Shown: piece after piece, positions 9,211 through 19,319 of the stretch | Numbering within the stretch: position 1 is the stretch's first letter | Layout of the letters: each line of letters opens with the position of its first letter | DNA from: Promethearchaeia archaeon | GTDB taxonomy: Archaea; Asgardarchaeota; Lokiarchaeia; Sigyniarchaeales; SOKP01 | Length of the DNA stretch: 64,000 nucleotides | Assembly (NCBI GenBank): GCA_029856145.1 | Contig: JAHQWK010000019.1 | Span: 64,001 to 128,000 of the forward strand | Direction: 5' to 3' | Made by a program: the position numbers and the translations under genes | The notes under the pieces: model-generated | Told to the model about the DNA's origin: nothing | The model's input: the letters and a program-made list of their open reading frames with translations, nothing else | The model's database searches: none

Positions 9211-9978
9211 TTAATTTTTCTTTACTTTGCTTAATTGATTTTTTAAGTTTTGAAAAAATTCTGGTGTGGATAATTGAAAAGGTATTGGATATCTTGTACC
9301 TGCTTTATGAGTTTTTTCCATTCCTTCTAAAATTTCATTAATAATTCTAAAGGGTATCGATGCTATTAAATCTGTATCTATTGCCATTCCAAAACGACGA
9401 TCACCGAGACATGGAAAAGCAATTTGTAAATCTTCTGTTAGTATTGCTTTTGAAATGGTATCAGCACAAACGCCATCGCAAAAAGTTGACATTGAAACTT
9501 TACCTCCTTTTTTCCATAAATACCCTTGTATAATTCTCATTATTTGTGCGGAATTTCCCCAGATTAATATTAAATCAGGTTCAAAGTCTATACGACCTAA
9601 AGCTCCTGAAACTATAGCAGAATATTCTCCATATGAGATTTTTGGCATTGTGGCTGTTGTTTTTTTCGCGGCTTCCTTGGTTTCATTATATCTACCAATA
9701 AAAAATGCTCCTTCTTCAAAGAGTTTATGTGATTCTTCAAAACCTATAGAAATTCCAGCAAGTGGACACAAATTATCTTCTTTTGTACATCCCATTGTCC
9801 AACCATAATATCTAGCATAACTAAATATTTGACAAAGAGCAATCTTGTGTTCGGGTTTCTTTAAAAATTTGATATTTTCTAAACTTTCAGAGTCTTTAAG
9901 TAGTTTTACTCCAACAGGAAAAGAAGCTAATCTAAGAAATTTATTCAATTGATTATCTAATTTCTCATATTTACCCAT
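9211..9978 (-). CDS. DUF169 family protein
   Basis: PVGVKL, ALCQ..ARYYG, CPLAG, EPDLIL, PCLGDRRF. Confidence 0.85.
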   Translation of the reverse strand: MGKYEKLDNQLNKFLRLASFPVGVKLLKDSESLENIKFLKKPEHKIALCQIFSYARYYGWTMGCTKEDNLCPLAGISIGFEESHKLFEEGAFFIGRYNETKEAAKKTTATMPKISYGEYSAIVSGALGRIDFEPDLILIWGNSAQIMRIIQGYLWKKGGKVSMSTFCDGVCADTISKAILTEDLQIAFPCLGDRRFGMAIDTDLIASIPFRIINEILEGMEKTHKAGTRYPIPFQLSTPEFFQNLKNQLSKVKKN

Positions 9979-10058
9979 AAAATCACATTTCTTACGTATA
10001 AAAAATAATTAAATGATAGAGTATTTCAAAATATAATAAATTAATAGAACGAATATCG

Positions 10059-10601
10059 ATGAATGCTAATAGAAAAAGATTGAAGCAAGGATTAGTTCAA
10101 GTTTATTTTGGACGAGGGAAAGGTAAGACAACAGCTGCAATAGGGCAAGGCATACGTGCTACGGGGCATGGCTTCAGAGTATTTATGATTCAATTTATGA
10201 AAGGTAATTACAAATACGGTGAAATTGAAGCTATCAGTAATATACCCAACTTTGAATTAAAACAATTTGGTAGTCCTGATCTTATAGCTGAACCGGGAGA
10301 ATTTGATTTAGAACAAGGTAAGAAGGCCCTAGATTATGCTAAAGATATTATTATGAGTGATGAATATGATATCATTATACTTGATGAAGTTGGAGTTGCA
10401 ATATCAATGAATGTTATTCTTGTTGAACCTGTATTAGAACTCATAAAAAATAAACCAGAAAAAGTTGAGTTAATCTTAACAGGTGGACCAAAAATGCATC
10501 CTAAATTAAAGGAAGTAGCTGATTTAGTAACCGAAATGAGAATGATTAAGCATTATTACTCTTCAAAAGGTATTACAGCTAGATATGGAATAGAATATTA
10601 A
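10059..10601 (+). CDS. cobO: Cob(I)yrinic acid a,c-diamide adenosyltransferase (CobO/BtuR)
   Basis: GLVQVYFGRGKGKTTAAIG, IQFMKG, ILDE, ELILTG, ADLVTEM..KHYY, GIEY. Confidence 0.92.
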   Translation: MNANRKRLKQGLVQVYFGRGKGKTTAAIGQGIRATGHGFRVFMIQFMKGNYKYGEIEAISNIPNFELKQFGSPDLIAEPGEFDLEQGKKALDYAKDIIMSDEYDIIILDEVGVAISMNVILVEPVLELIKNKPEKVELILTGGPKMHPKLKEVADLVTEMRMIKHYYSSKGITARYGIEY

Positions 10602-10823
10602 AGAAACCAGTAAATTAATTTACGATAACCTTTACTCTATTTGAAATTAAAAGTAAAAGAACGAAAATAGATCTTAAAATTCAAACTTATAAAATAGATT
10701 AGGTTCTTTATTTCTTTCTTAAAATTCTCGTTTTAAAAAAAAAGATTCAAATTAAGACTCTAATCTAGACACTTAAGTAAGAAAGCGATTAAGTTTTTAT
10801 TAAAGGAAAGAAATATCAAAATC

Positions 10824-11192
10824 ATGAATGAAGTGAAAACTTTTCATATAAAAAAATTGATTTCTGTTTGTGGTTTAGATTGTAGCATGTGCAAGATTTA
10901 TCAAGCACCCTATAATCCGGGAGTTGCTGATAAACTAGTCAGAATGTTTAATAATATGTGGGATAATGTAAAACCAGAAGATTTTCATTGTAGTACGTGT
11001 AGGGGTGAAATTTCAGATTGTTGGACCAAAGAATGTTGGATTAGATACTGTTGTATAAATGATAAAAAATTAGAATACTGTTATCAATGCCAAGATTTTC
11101 CTTGTAAAAGACTAGAAGAAACAGCAAAAAAAAGTAAGAGACATATTGTGGCGTTAAATAATCTGAAAAGAATGAAAAGGAAAGAAAAGTAA
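10824..11192 (+). CDS. DUF3795 Cys-rich protein
   Basis: CGLDCSMC...CSTCR...C.IRYCC...CYQCQDFPC pattern. Confidence 0.85.
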   Translation: MNEVKTFHIKKLISVCGLDCSMCKIYQAPYNPGVADKLVRMFNNMWDNVKPEDFHCSTCRGEISDCWTKECWIRYCCINDKKLEYCYQCQDFPCKRLEETAKKSKRHIVALNNLKRMKRKEK

Positions 11193-11320
11193 GTATCAGA
11201 ATATCTAATTTCTCCAAAATGTCGAATTAAATCTTTCTAATCATATAAAATCAAAATATTCTTGTTCAATAACATATTTCTCATTTATTATATGTAAAAA
11301 TTATCTCAATTAGAAAAATA

Positions 11321-12541
11321 ATGGAACTTGATAGTCTAAATAAAATTAAACGTAGGAATCTAATAGCCTTAGCTATTACCAAATTAATTCATGGATTTGG
11401 GACGGGGATGTTTGGTATAGTTTATCAACCATTTCTATTAGAGCTTACAAATTCAATAGTATTAACGGGTTTATTTATTTCAATAGGATCAATAATGCAA
11501 TTTATGCCTATGCCTTTAATTGGAAAATTTTCCGATAAATTTAACCGAAAATACATTCTTATTTCTAGTATTCCGATCTATATCATAGGACTCTTATTTT
11601 TAATATTAGCAAGTCCGACCAGCTTATATTTTATTATATTTGGGATAATGTTTTACTTTTTAGGGTTTATTATTAACAATCTAAACGCTCAATTTTTAGT
11701 TGCTGAAAATAGTAATAAATCTAAAGGGTTGATATTTGGATTTATGCTTTTTTCTTATTTTGGTGGAACTATTGCAGGATCTTTATTCATAATTCTTGGA
11801 CAAGGGCTTAACTCTAGATTTTATTTAATAATTTTCATTCTATTATTACTTGTTGAAGAGATAATCTTCACAATTTTTCTATCTGCTCAAACCCACCATA
11901 TTCAAAATCAAAAACTTCAGGTAAATAATACTCGTAAAGAAAAAAAAAATATGTGGATGAAGATTTTGAAAACAAAAACATTAAGATCAGTATTAATTTT
12001 CTTTACATTGGATATTTTCGTATATAGTATATCTCTTTCAATCTATTCTGGTGGATTGGTCAAGTATTATAATCTTACCAAAGAAGATATTGCATTCATA
12101 GTATTATGGTTTAATATAGGAAATGTAATTTTTCAAATCCCTGCTGGACGTATTACTGATAAAATTGGGAATAAAAAAACATTAATTTTAAGTCAATTCT
12201 TTGGTTTCGGCTTTTTTTTTATGAATATATTGTCTGTTATTCTTTGGATGAATTTTATTACACATACCTTAATTATTACATTAAGTATTGGATATGTCTT
12301 TTTTGCTTTATCCATCTGCACATTTATACCTGCTGAACAAATTATTTTAACCAATTTAGGGGAGGACCAAAAAGCTGAATCTTATGGAATAATTTCATTT
12401 TTTAGAGGTATTGGATTGATTCCTACAGGACTTTTAGGAGCACTAATTGTAGAAAACGTTCATTATATTGCCCCATTTATATTTAGTATTATTGGGCTTC
12501 TAGTTGAGTTATTATTTCTTCTAAAATTCTTTCATGATTAA
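11321..12541 (+). CDS. MFS transporter
   Basis: About 12 TMs; motif A twice (GKFSDKFNRK, GRITDKIGNK). Confidence 0.9.
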   Translation: MELDSLNKIKRRNLIALAITKLIHGFGTGMFGIVYQPFLLELTNSIVLTGLFISIGSIMQFMPMPLIGKFSDKFNRKYILISSIPIYIIGLLFLILASPTSLYFIIFGIMFYFLGFIINNLNAQFLVAENSNKSKGLIFGFMLFSYFGGTIAGSLFIILGQGLNSRFYLIIFILLLLVEEIIFTIFLSAQTHHIQNQKLQVNNTRKEKKNMWMKILKTKTLRSVLIFFTLDIFVYSISLSIYSGGLVKYYNLTKEDIAFIVLWFNIGNVIFQIPAGRITDKIGNKKTLILSQFFGFGFFFMNILSVILWMNFITHTLIITLSIGYVFFALSICTFIPAEQIILTNLGEDQKAESYGIISFFRGIGLIPTGLLGALIVENVHYIAPFIFSIIGLLVELLFLLKFFHD

Positions 12542-12642
12542 TAAAATATTTTTAAAGAAAATAATAAGAAATTTAATTTTTCAAAAATTCAATTTTTTAA
12601 ATTTAAAAAATAATTTAAATAAAATTAAAGAATGGTGAAAAA

Positions 12643-13908
12643 ATGGGAAAGTTAGCACGACGTGTAGCCATGATTGGAGCAGGAATGAGTAAATTTGGAG
12701 CACATTTTCCTCATAAAAGAAATCCAGATTTATGGATTGATGCTTGGTTAGATGCAGTAAGTAGAGTCGATAATGGTATCAATCCCAAAGATATTGATGC
12801 TTGTTATGTAGGGAATTATTCTTCAGATCTATTTAATCATCAAGGACATCTAGGACCACAAATGGCAGATTTAGTAGGATTAGTTCCAAAACCAGCAGGA
12901 CGTTTTGAAGGAGCGTGTGCGAGTAGTGGAATTGCGCTTAGACAAGCAATTTTGGCGATTGCATCAGGAGTTCATGATGTTATTGCTGTTAGTGGAGTTG
13001 AATGTATGACAGAACAACCTACTGTGAATGTGACTGATATATTAGCTACCGCATCAGACAGTTTATTTGAATATCCTGCGGGAGCAACATTTCCAGGATT
13101 GTATGGAACTCTAGCTTCAGCACATTTCCATAAATATGGAACTACAGTAGAAGATTTAATGAGAGTTGGAATCAAAAATCATGAGAATGGGAAGGAAAAT
13201 CCCTATGCTCAAATGCAAAGCTCTATTGCTGATATGATGGAAAGTAAAATAGCAAAAATTGAAAAATCAGGAGGAGAAGTTCCAGATTGGAAAGATGAGT
13301 TTGATTTTCTTAAAAGTAGATCAAATCCAATAATTGCCTACCCTTTAAGATTGTTTGATTGTAGTTTAATTACTGATGGAGCTGCTTGTGTATTTTTAGG
13401 AGCTGAAGATGTGGTGAAAAATTTCACTGATGATCCAATTTGGATTACGGGTACTGGACAAGGGAGTGCAGCATTATCTTTACATGATAGAAATGAATTA
13501 ACCAGTTTTATTGCTACTAAAGAGGCAGCAAGACAAGCTTATGAAATGTCGGGATTAAAACCTAAAGATATTCAAGTAGCTGAAGTTCATGATTGCTTCA
13601 CTATAGCTGAAATTATCGCTTTAGAAGACTTAGGTTTTTATGAAAAAGGTAAAGCAGCTGAAGCAATTAAAAATGGAGAAACAAAACGAGATGGATCAAT
13701 GCCAATAAATACAAGTGGAGGACTAAAGAGTAAGGGCCATCCTGTAGGCGCTACTGGTGCAGCATTTTGTGTGGAAGCATTTAAACAAATGAGAGGTATT
13801 GCAGAGAGAAATAGACAAGTGAAATTTGATGTAGAGAGGATGTTGACTCATAATCTAGGAGGATCAGGAGCAACATGTGTAGTAACAATTTTTGAAAAAG
13901 AGAGGTGA
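12643..13908 (+). CDS. Archaeal/SCP2-type thiolase
   Basis: EGACASSG, DGAA, EVHDCFTIAE, NTSGGLKSKGHPVGATG, THNLGG. GGTGA SD upstream. Confidence 0.92.
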   Translation: MGKLARRVAMIGAGMSKFGAHFPHKRNPDLWIDAWLDAVSRVDNGINPKDIDACYVGNYSSDLFNHQGHLGPQMADLVGLVPKPAGRFEGACASSGIALRQAILAIASGVHDVIAVSGVECMTEQPTVNVTDILATASDSLFEYPAGATFPGLYGTLASAHFHKYGTTVEDLMRVGIKNHENGKENPYAQMQSSIADMMESKIAKIEKSGGEVPDWKDEFDFLKSRSNPIIAYPLRLFDCSLITDGAACVFLGAEDVVKNFTDDPIWITGTGQGSAALSLHDRNELTSFIATKEAARQAYEMSGLKPKDIQVAEVHDCFTIAEIIALEDLGFYEKGKAAEAIKNGETKRDGSMPINTSGGLKSKGHPVGATGAAFCVEAFKQMRGIAERNRQVKFDVERMLTHNLGGSGATCVVTIFEKER

Positions 13909-13915
13909 AACAAAA

Positions 13916-14338
13916 GTGTCTGAAAGTGAAAGAGATTTTACTATAAAAAGCTATATAGATTATTTATCTGAAAAGAAATTAATGGGATCAAAATGTAAAG
14001 ATTGTAGTGCTATGTATGTTCCAGTCAGAAAACTATGCCCTAAATGTAATACTGCAAATATGGAATGGGTTGAAATGTCAGGGAATGGTAAACTTGCTGC
14101 CTTTACAAGTATCACAGTAGGAACGCCTTTCTTTGTAGAAAAGGGGTATGGTAGAAAAAAACCTTATTGCTTTTCAGTAATAAAACTAGACGAAGGTCCC
14201 ATGATAAGTGGGCAATTAATAGGTGTAGATGAGAGTAAACCTGACACAATTAATATTGGAATACCTGTTAAAGCAACTTTTATAGAAACTGAAATCAAGG
14301 GTGAAACAAGGGTCGATTTAGGTTTTGAGCCTATTTAA
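13916..14338 (+). CDS. DUF35 Zn-ribbon/OB-fold thiolase partner
   Basis: CKDC..YVPVRKLCPKC, SGNGKL..FT, KLDEGP. GTG at 13916 lies 7 nt after GAGGTGA. Confidence 0.9.
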   Translation: MSESERDFTIKSYIDYLSEKKLMGSKCKDCSAMYVPVRKLCPKCNTANMEWVEMSGNGKLAAFTSITVGTPFFVEKGYGRKKPYCFSVIKLDEGPMISGQLIGVDESKPDTINIGIPVKATFIETEIKGETRVDLGFEPI

Positions 14339-14420
14339 AATCATATTTTTTATTTTTTTTGTTTATAATGATTTATAGAGGCATATTCAAATTAATTTTT
14401 TTATAAATTGGTGATTATGA

Positions 14421-15584
14421 ATAAAGAGATTATACAAAATCTTAATTTCTGTTGGTTTTGTTTCAATTGCTGTCTTTTCTCTTGTTTATTTGTATTTTCC
14501 TACTAGTAATCTAAATATTCAAAACTATGAAATAGATTTGCAATTTAGTGCCGATAACGCTTATAATTATACAGAAGATCAATTAGATATTGGTTTTCGG
14601 ATACCTGGAACACAAGAACGTGTGGATTGCGCTAATTATTTCATAACTAAATTTTTAGAAATAGATAGTAATTTCACATATGCTCTTCATAATTTTACAG
14701 TCTATTCAACTGATTGTCAGAATGTGTTATTCAAATTAAACGAGAATAAATCTAATATTGTAATTTTAGGAGCACATTATGATTCTAGAGCTAGAGCAAC
14801 GAAAGATTTAACAAATACATCTGCTCCAGTTCCAGGTGCTAATGATGGTGCTAGTGGAAGTGCTATTTTAATTGAATTAGCAAGAAATTTCTATATAATG
14901 AGTGAGAATCTAAGTTGTCAAATATGGTTTGTCTTTTTTGATGCCGAAGATCAAGGATATGATCTGGGACCTGGTATAACTGGATGGGGATGGTGTGAAG
15001 GTTCTCAGAAATTTGTTTCCGAAATTAATAATTTTTATGATTCAGAAACAGAAAATTTTGAGTGTATGATTTTATTGGATATGGTGGGTGGAGAAAATCT
15101 AAAATTTATTAATGAACAACATTCTACCTCTTCATTATTGGATGAATTATTTGCTATTGGAAGGAGTTTAGGTTATACTGACGAATTTCCAATAAACCCA
15201 ATCTCTGGAGAAATTGTAGATGATCACGTAGCTTTTGTAAATTTTGGTATTCCTTCTGCAGATTTAATTATCAAATTTTGGAATAGAAATCCAGATTGGC
15301 CTTACCACCATACTACTAAAGATAACCTTACCTATATCGCTAAAGAAAGTCTTGAAACTACGGGCAAAACTGTTGAGCAATTTATCTATAATAACTACAT
15401 TGATGATCAAAATAACATTTATCAGGGAAATTATCCTTGGAATCAAGATAAAAGTCTACTGAACCTAGACGTAGTAATAATCATTACTATAATTATTGTT
15501 ATTGCAGGAATTTCAATTATAATATTAATTCCGACAACAGAAGTTACAAAAAAAAACGAATTGCTTGATTATAATATAATATAA
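14421..15584 (+). CDS. M28 metallopeptidase / glutaminyl-cyclase-like protein, membrane anchored; probable ATA start
   Basis: LGAHYDSR, GANDGASG, FFDAED, LLDMVG, DDH, HHTTKD. The open frame extends 23 codons upstream of the ORF-track start and encodes a signal anchor. Confidence 0.85.
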   Translation: MKRLYKILISVGFVSIAVFSLVYLYFPTSNLNIQNYEIDLQFSADNAYNYTEDQLDIGFRIPGTQERVDCANYFITKFLEIDSNFTYALHNFTVYSTDCQNVLFKLNENKSNIVILGAHYDSRARATKDLTNTSAPVPGANDGASGSAILIELARNFYIMSENLSCQIWFVFFDAEDQGYDLGPGITGWGWCEGSQKFVSEINNFYDSETENFECMILLDMVGGENLKFINEQHSTSSLLDELFAIGRSLGYTDEFPINPISGEIVDDHVAFVNFGIPSADLIIKFWNRNPDWPYHHTTKDNLTYIAKESLETTGKTVEQFIYNNYIDDQNNIYQGNYPWNQDKSLLNLDVVIIITIIIVIAGISIIILIPTTEVTKKNELLDYNII

Positions 15585-16472
15585 TTATTTATGTTTTATT
15601 ATCGTTCCACACTGCTGACAGAATTTTTCTAACTGAGCTAATTTCATACCACAAAATTTACAGAAATAAAAAATTTCTTTTAGTTTTTCTTCTTTTTTAT
15701 CTGGAATTGAAGGTATTGATTTTTGTTTCGATGCTTCCAAAATTGGTGGAGTTATCTGTTTTTGAGCCGTAGAAATTACTTCTATCTTCTCTTCCTCCTT
15801 AATTAATGTTGGTGGGATTGGTTGTAGTTCTTCAGTTTTTATTTGTGATAGCTCAGAAACAGTTTCTTCAGATGGTTTTGGGTGGGTTATTTCTGAAATT
15901 TTTGGAATCATTTCTGGTTTAGGGGTAGGAACCTCTTTAATTTTTTCTTTCCATTTATCCGGAATCGATGGGTCTGTTTGTATTTTTAAAAATTCTGATG
16001 GAGAAATATCAGCCAACGGTTTTGAAGTAGTTTTTTGTTTTATTGCTTGTTTTTTAACATATTTTTCTCTCCGTTCATTATAAAATGCGAAATATTTTTT
16101 CTTAGCTTTTCTTAAACTATTTCTACTTCCACATTTTTCACAATATCTTCGATTTCTAATTGAAAATTCCCAACAATAAACGCAAATAAAAGGATGTCCT
16201 TTTAAAAAAGTCTCTACATCTGAGATATCCGACCCTAATGGAATTGGCTTTATATCTTCAGTTTTTTCTTTTTTGAGTATAAAAAAATTAAAGTCCTTTT
16301 TGTTAGCTTTTCTTAAACTATATCTAGCGCCACAACCTTCACAATATTCTCTATATGTATCGGTAAACTTCCCACATCTATGACAGATTAAAGGCTGTGT
16401 CTTTAGGAATGCTTTCCTATTTTGTATTAATGGTATATTATCTTTTGTTAAATATTTTTCATCATCAGAAAT
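15585..16472 (-). CDS. Multi-zinc-ribbon protein (two N-terminal C4 repeats, Pro/Glu-rich linker, C-terminal C4 ribbon); probable ATT start
   Basis: Frame is open 152 codons upstream of the ORF-track start (16016), adding CHRC..CEGCG..SLRKA and CVYC..CEKCG..SLRKA. ATT lies 7 nt after GGTGA. Confidence 0.8.
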   Translation of the reverse strand: MSDDEKYLTKDNIPLIQNRKAFLKTQPLICHRCGKFTDTYREYCEGCGARYSLRKANKKDFNFFILKKEKTEDIKPIPLGSDISDVETFLKGHPFICVYCWEFSIRNRRYCEKCGSRNSLRKAKKKYFAFYNERREKYVKKQAIKQKTTSKPLADISPSEFLKIQTDPSIPDKWKEKIKEVPTPKPEMIPKISEITHPKPSEETVSELSQIKTEELQPIPPTLIKEEEKIEVISTAQKQITPPILEASKQKSIPSIPDKKEEKLKEIFYFCKFCGMKLAQLEKFCQQCGTIIKHK

Positions 16473-16586
16473 ATTATTTTCACCTTAAAAAATTCAATTT
16501 TGCAGTAAAAATGATCTAATGGTTTGTTGTATAATTTTGAATTTAAACATTTCTATGAATTGTAATTAAGGAAATTGAAAAATCCT

Positions 16587-17210
16587 TTATTTTTTGATGC
16601 CTAAAATTGCTCGATGTCTCTTTCTATCATTATAAATTTCTAATAAGTTGAAAGAACTATATACATCATGTATTTCCTCCATAGTAAAAAAATGATGTGG
16701 AAGTCCTTTTTCTTGCCCTGCTTGAGGGATGTACGTGCCTCTCTCAACCTCCTTTAACTTCCAATCATCTAATCCGCCTCTACCTTCTAATCTTGGGAAG
16801 GTTATAAAAATTACACCACCTTTTCTTAAAACTCTTTCAATTTCTCTTACTGTCATTAATATATCTTTCATTTTATTGTGGTGGATAACCTGAATCGAGA
16901 TAACAGCATCAAAAAAATTATCGGCGTAAGGAAATTTTGCCTCCATTCTATTTAGTTTTATCTTCACATTTAGATTTTCTTCTGCAAGCCATTCTTTAGC
17001 AATGGAAATCGCTTTAGGAGATGCGTCAAAACCATATATCTCAAAACCCTTTTTAGAAAAGAAAATAAGATGACGTCCGGTTCCAGACCCAACATCTAAT
17101 ATCTTCTGCACTCCCCTTTCTTCAAAGATTTTAACAATTTTCTCCATATCAGTATGGGGTTCAGTGAAGACTTTACCCTTTTCAGAAAAAATGTCATCCC
17201 AATCAGGCAT
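16587..17210 (-). CDS. Class I SAM-dependent methyltransferase
   Basis: ILDVGSGTGRH, GFDAS, FDAVIS..VIHH, RVLRKGG. Confidence 0.9.
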   Translation of the reverse strand: MPDWDDIFSEKGKVFTEPHTDMEKIVKIFEERGVQKILDVGSGTGRHLIFFSKKGFEIYGFDASPKAISIAKEWLAEENLNVKIKLNRMEAKFPYADNFFDAVISIQVIHHNKMKDILMTVREIERVLRKGGVIFITFPRLEGRGGLDDWKLKEVERGTYIPQAGQEKGLPHHFFTMEEIHDVYSSFNLLEIYNDRKRHRAILGIKK

Positions 17211-17246
17211 AATAAAAGAAGAAATTTATTTTTAACAATGATATCA

Positions 17247-18209
17247 TTAATGATCACATTCATAAAAATAGTGACCATATTTCTCTTTAAACTCTTCTGC
17301 AACTTCATTAGTTTTTGGACGTATAAGTTCATATCCATCTTTAATAGTTTCATAGGTAACCGGTAACGGACCCAAAACTTCCCCATCAACTTGACATATA
17401 TATGGATCATCATCAAGATTTTTCATTTCAATCCTAACTTTCTTACTTTGATATTCATGAATATTAGGATGAGGTAAAAGAGATGCGCTATACATCTTTT
17501 TAAATTGAACTAAAAGCTTAAATTTTCCAATATCAGCTATACTAATGTCAAACAACCCATCATTAATTCTAGCTTTCTGACATATATACATTCCGCCTCC
17601 ATAAGCACCACTATTTCCTACTGCAACTAAATTTGCATAGCCTTCGTAAATCTCATTATCCATTTTTACAACTAATTCTCGAGATTTCCAACCAAAGAGT
17701 GTTTGGAATATGATTAAATTATAATTTTTTCCTCCTTTCACATTTGATCTCCTTGCTACTTCAGCATCAAAGCCTTGTGATCCAATCCCTAAGAAGTAAC
17801 GCTCAACACCTTCATCTGTCTTAGCAAAACCAATATCACATTTACTGGAGTTTCCTTCTGCGATAATTTCACACGCACGTCTTATATCAGCTCTAATTCC
17901 CACCGCGGCAGGAATGTCATTACCTGAGCCCATTGGTATGAATCCACATAAGGCACCTGTATTAGATGTTATGACTCCATGAAACACTTGATTCGCAGTA
18001 CCATCTCCTCCGGCAGCTATAACTTTATATCCATCTTTTGCCAGTTGCCTAGCTAATTCAATAGCATGACCATCGTACTCTGTTTCTACTGATTTATATG
18101 ATATATTGAAGTCCTCTAAACATTTGAACGCATATTCAAGATCTTCCTTAGCTTTTCCCTTTTTAGCAATAGGATTATAAATAATCGCGTAATCTTCTAT
18201 AATTTTCAA
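17247..18209 (-). CDS. Diacylglycerol/lipid kinase family (YegS/DAGK)
   Basis: IYNP, AAGGDGTANQV, IPMGSGND, GFDA, YGGG, QVDGE. Confidence 0.9.
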   Translation of the reverse strand: MKIIEDYAIIYNPIAKKGKAKEDLEYAFKCLEDFNISYKSVETEYDGHAIELARQLAKDGYKVIAAGGDGTANQVFHGVITSNTGALCGFIPMGSGNDIPAAVGIRADIRRACEIIAEGNSSKCDIGFAKTDEGVERYFLGIGSQGFDAEVARRSNVKGGKNYNLIIFQTLFGWKSRELVVKMDNEIYEGYANLVAVGNSGAYGGGMYICQKARINDGLFDISIADIGKFKLLVQFKKMYSASLLPHPNIHEYQSKKVRIEMKNLDDDPYICQVDGEVLGPLPVTYETIKDGYELIRPKTNEVAEEFKEKYGHYFYECDH

Positions 18210-18316
18210 CTCAAATTATATAGATTATAATAAAAATATGACTATGATATCCTTTTAAATATCAAACTATTTAAAACTATTTTTGAGTGTCTTTTAGAAA
18301 AAGTAATTAAATCTCA

Positions 18317-19102
18317 TTATTTCCATTCAAATCCGCATTTACCACAATATTTCTTTTTTCCATAAATACGAGGATAATCCATTAAAATTAAGTTCTTATC
18401 CGTTACTTCATGAATTGACCCTTCATCTCCACAACTCGGACATTTCCTACGCCCAACGGATTTCTCAACTACTATGACACTATTATTAAATGAATCTGAA
18501 AGCGGTTTATCTTCGATAATATCTAAGACTGACTCTCTAATTTCTGTTGATGGTTCACTTTTAATTGAAGTTTCCGCTTTTTCTACCAAATAATCTTCAT
18601 TGATCATTATGATATATCCTTTAACTATTGAATGAAATTCATTTTCCTTTGGTAACCTATCAAATTTTTCTATGAAATTCTCTATAAACGTTTGAATATC
18701 GTTATTTTTGACAATAAATCCTTTTAATTCAATTGAACGTTTAATTTCTTGAATAATCTCCTCTTTTGAGGGCGTAGTTTTCTCAATTTTCTCAATATAT
18801 GTTGAGTTGGTTAATCTTTTTTCAAATTCTTTCCACAATTGTCTAACTTGAGCATCTGTTAGTTTCCCTTTAATTTGAATATAAACTCGTTTTTCTTGTT
18901 CTTGTAAAATAGTAATGCGATTGTCTTTCTGTTGTTCTTGATCAGTCTCGTTATCGAAAAAAGTTATTCTGAGCAAAGATCTTCCCAACCTTTTTGTATT
19001 AATTGAAAGAGATAAACTTTTTTCTAATATATTTTCCATAATTGTTTGAATTTCATTATAACTTTTGTCCCGTACGTCAAATGATTGACTTCTCTCTAAC
19101 AT
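18317..19102 (-). CDS. Hypothetical protein with C-terminal zinc ribbon
   Basis: RRKCPSCG...KKKYCGKCGFEWK. ATG at 19102 preferred (ORF track starts 19141). Confidence 0.7.
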   Translation of the reverse strand: MLERSQSFDVRDKSYNEIQTIMENILEKSLSLSINTKRLGRSLLRITFFDNETDQEQQKDNRITILQEQEKRVYIQIKGKLTDAQVRQLWKEFEKRLTNSTYIEKIEKTTPSKEEIIQEIKRSIELKGFIVKNNDIQTFIENFIEKFDRLPKENEFHSIVKGYIIMINEDYLVEKAETSIKSEPSTEIRESVLDIIEDKPLSDSFNNSVIVVEKSVGRRKCPSCGDEGSIHEVTDKNLILMDYPRIYGKKKYCGKCGFEWK

Positions 19103-19319
19103 TTTAAAGTTCTTAACCCTATTTACAATGCATTTATTCAATCAAATTGGATAATTTTATTCTAGACATTTTACTTTAAAATGTTAATCTTTTGATGCAA
19201 TTCAATATCATATTTAATGAATCGAAACTATCAATATCCTATCTGTGATTCATTATTTTAAGAAAATTTATATTGATATTTTGATTAAATTTGACCATAG
19301 AACAACTGATTTTTTTGTT

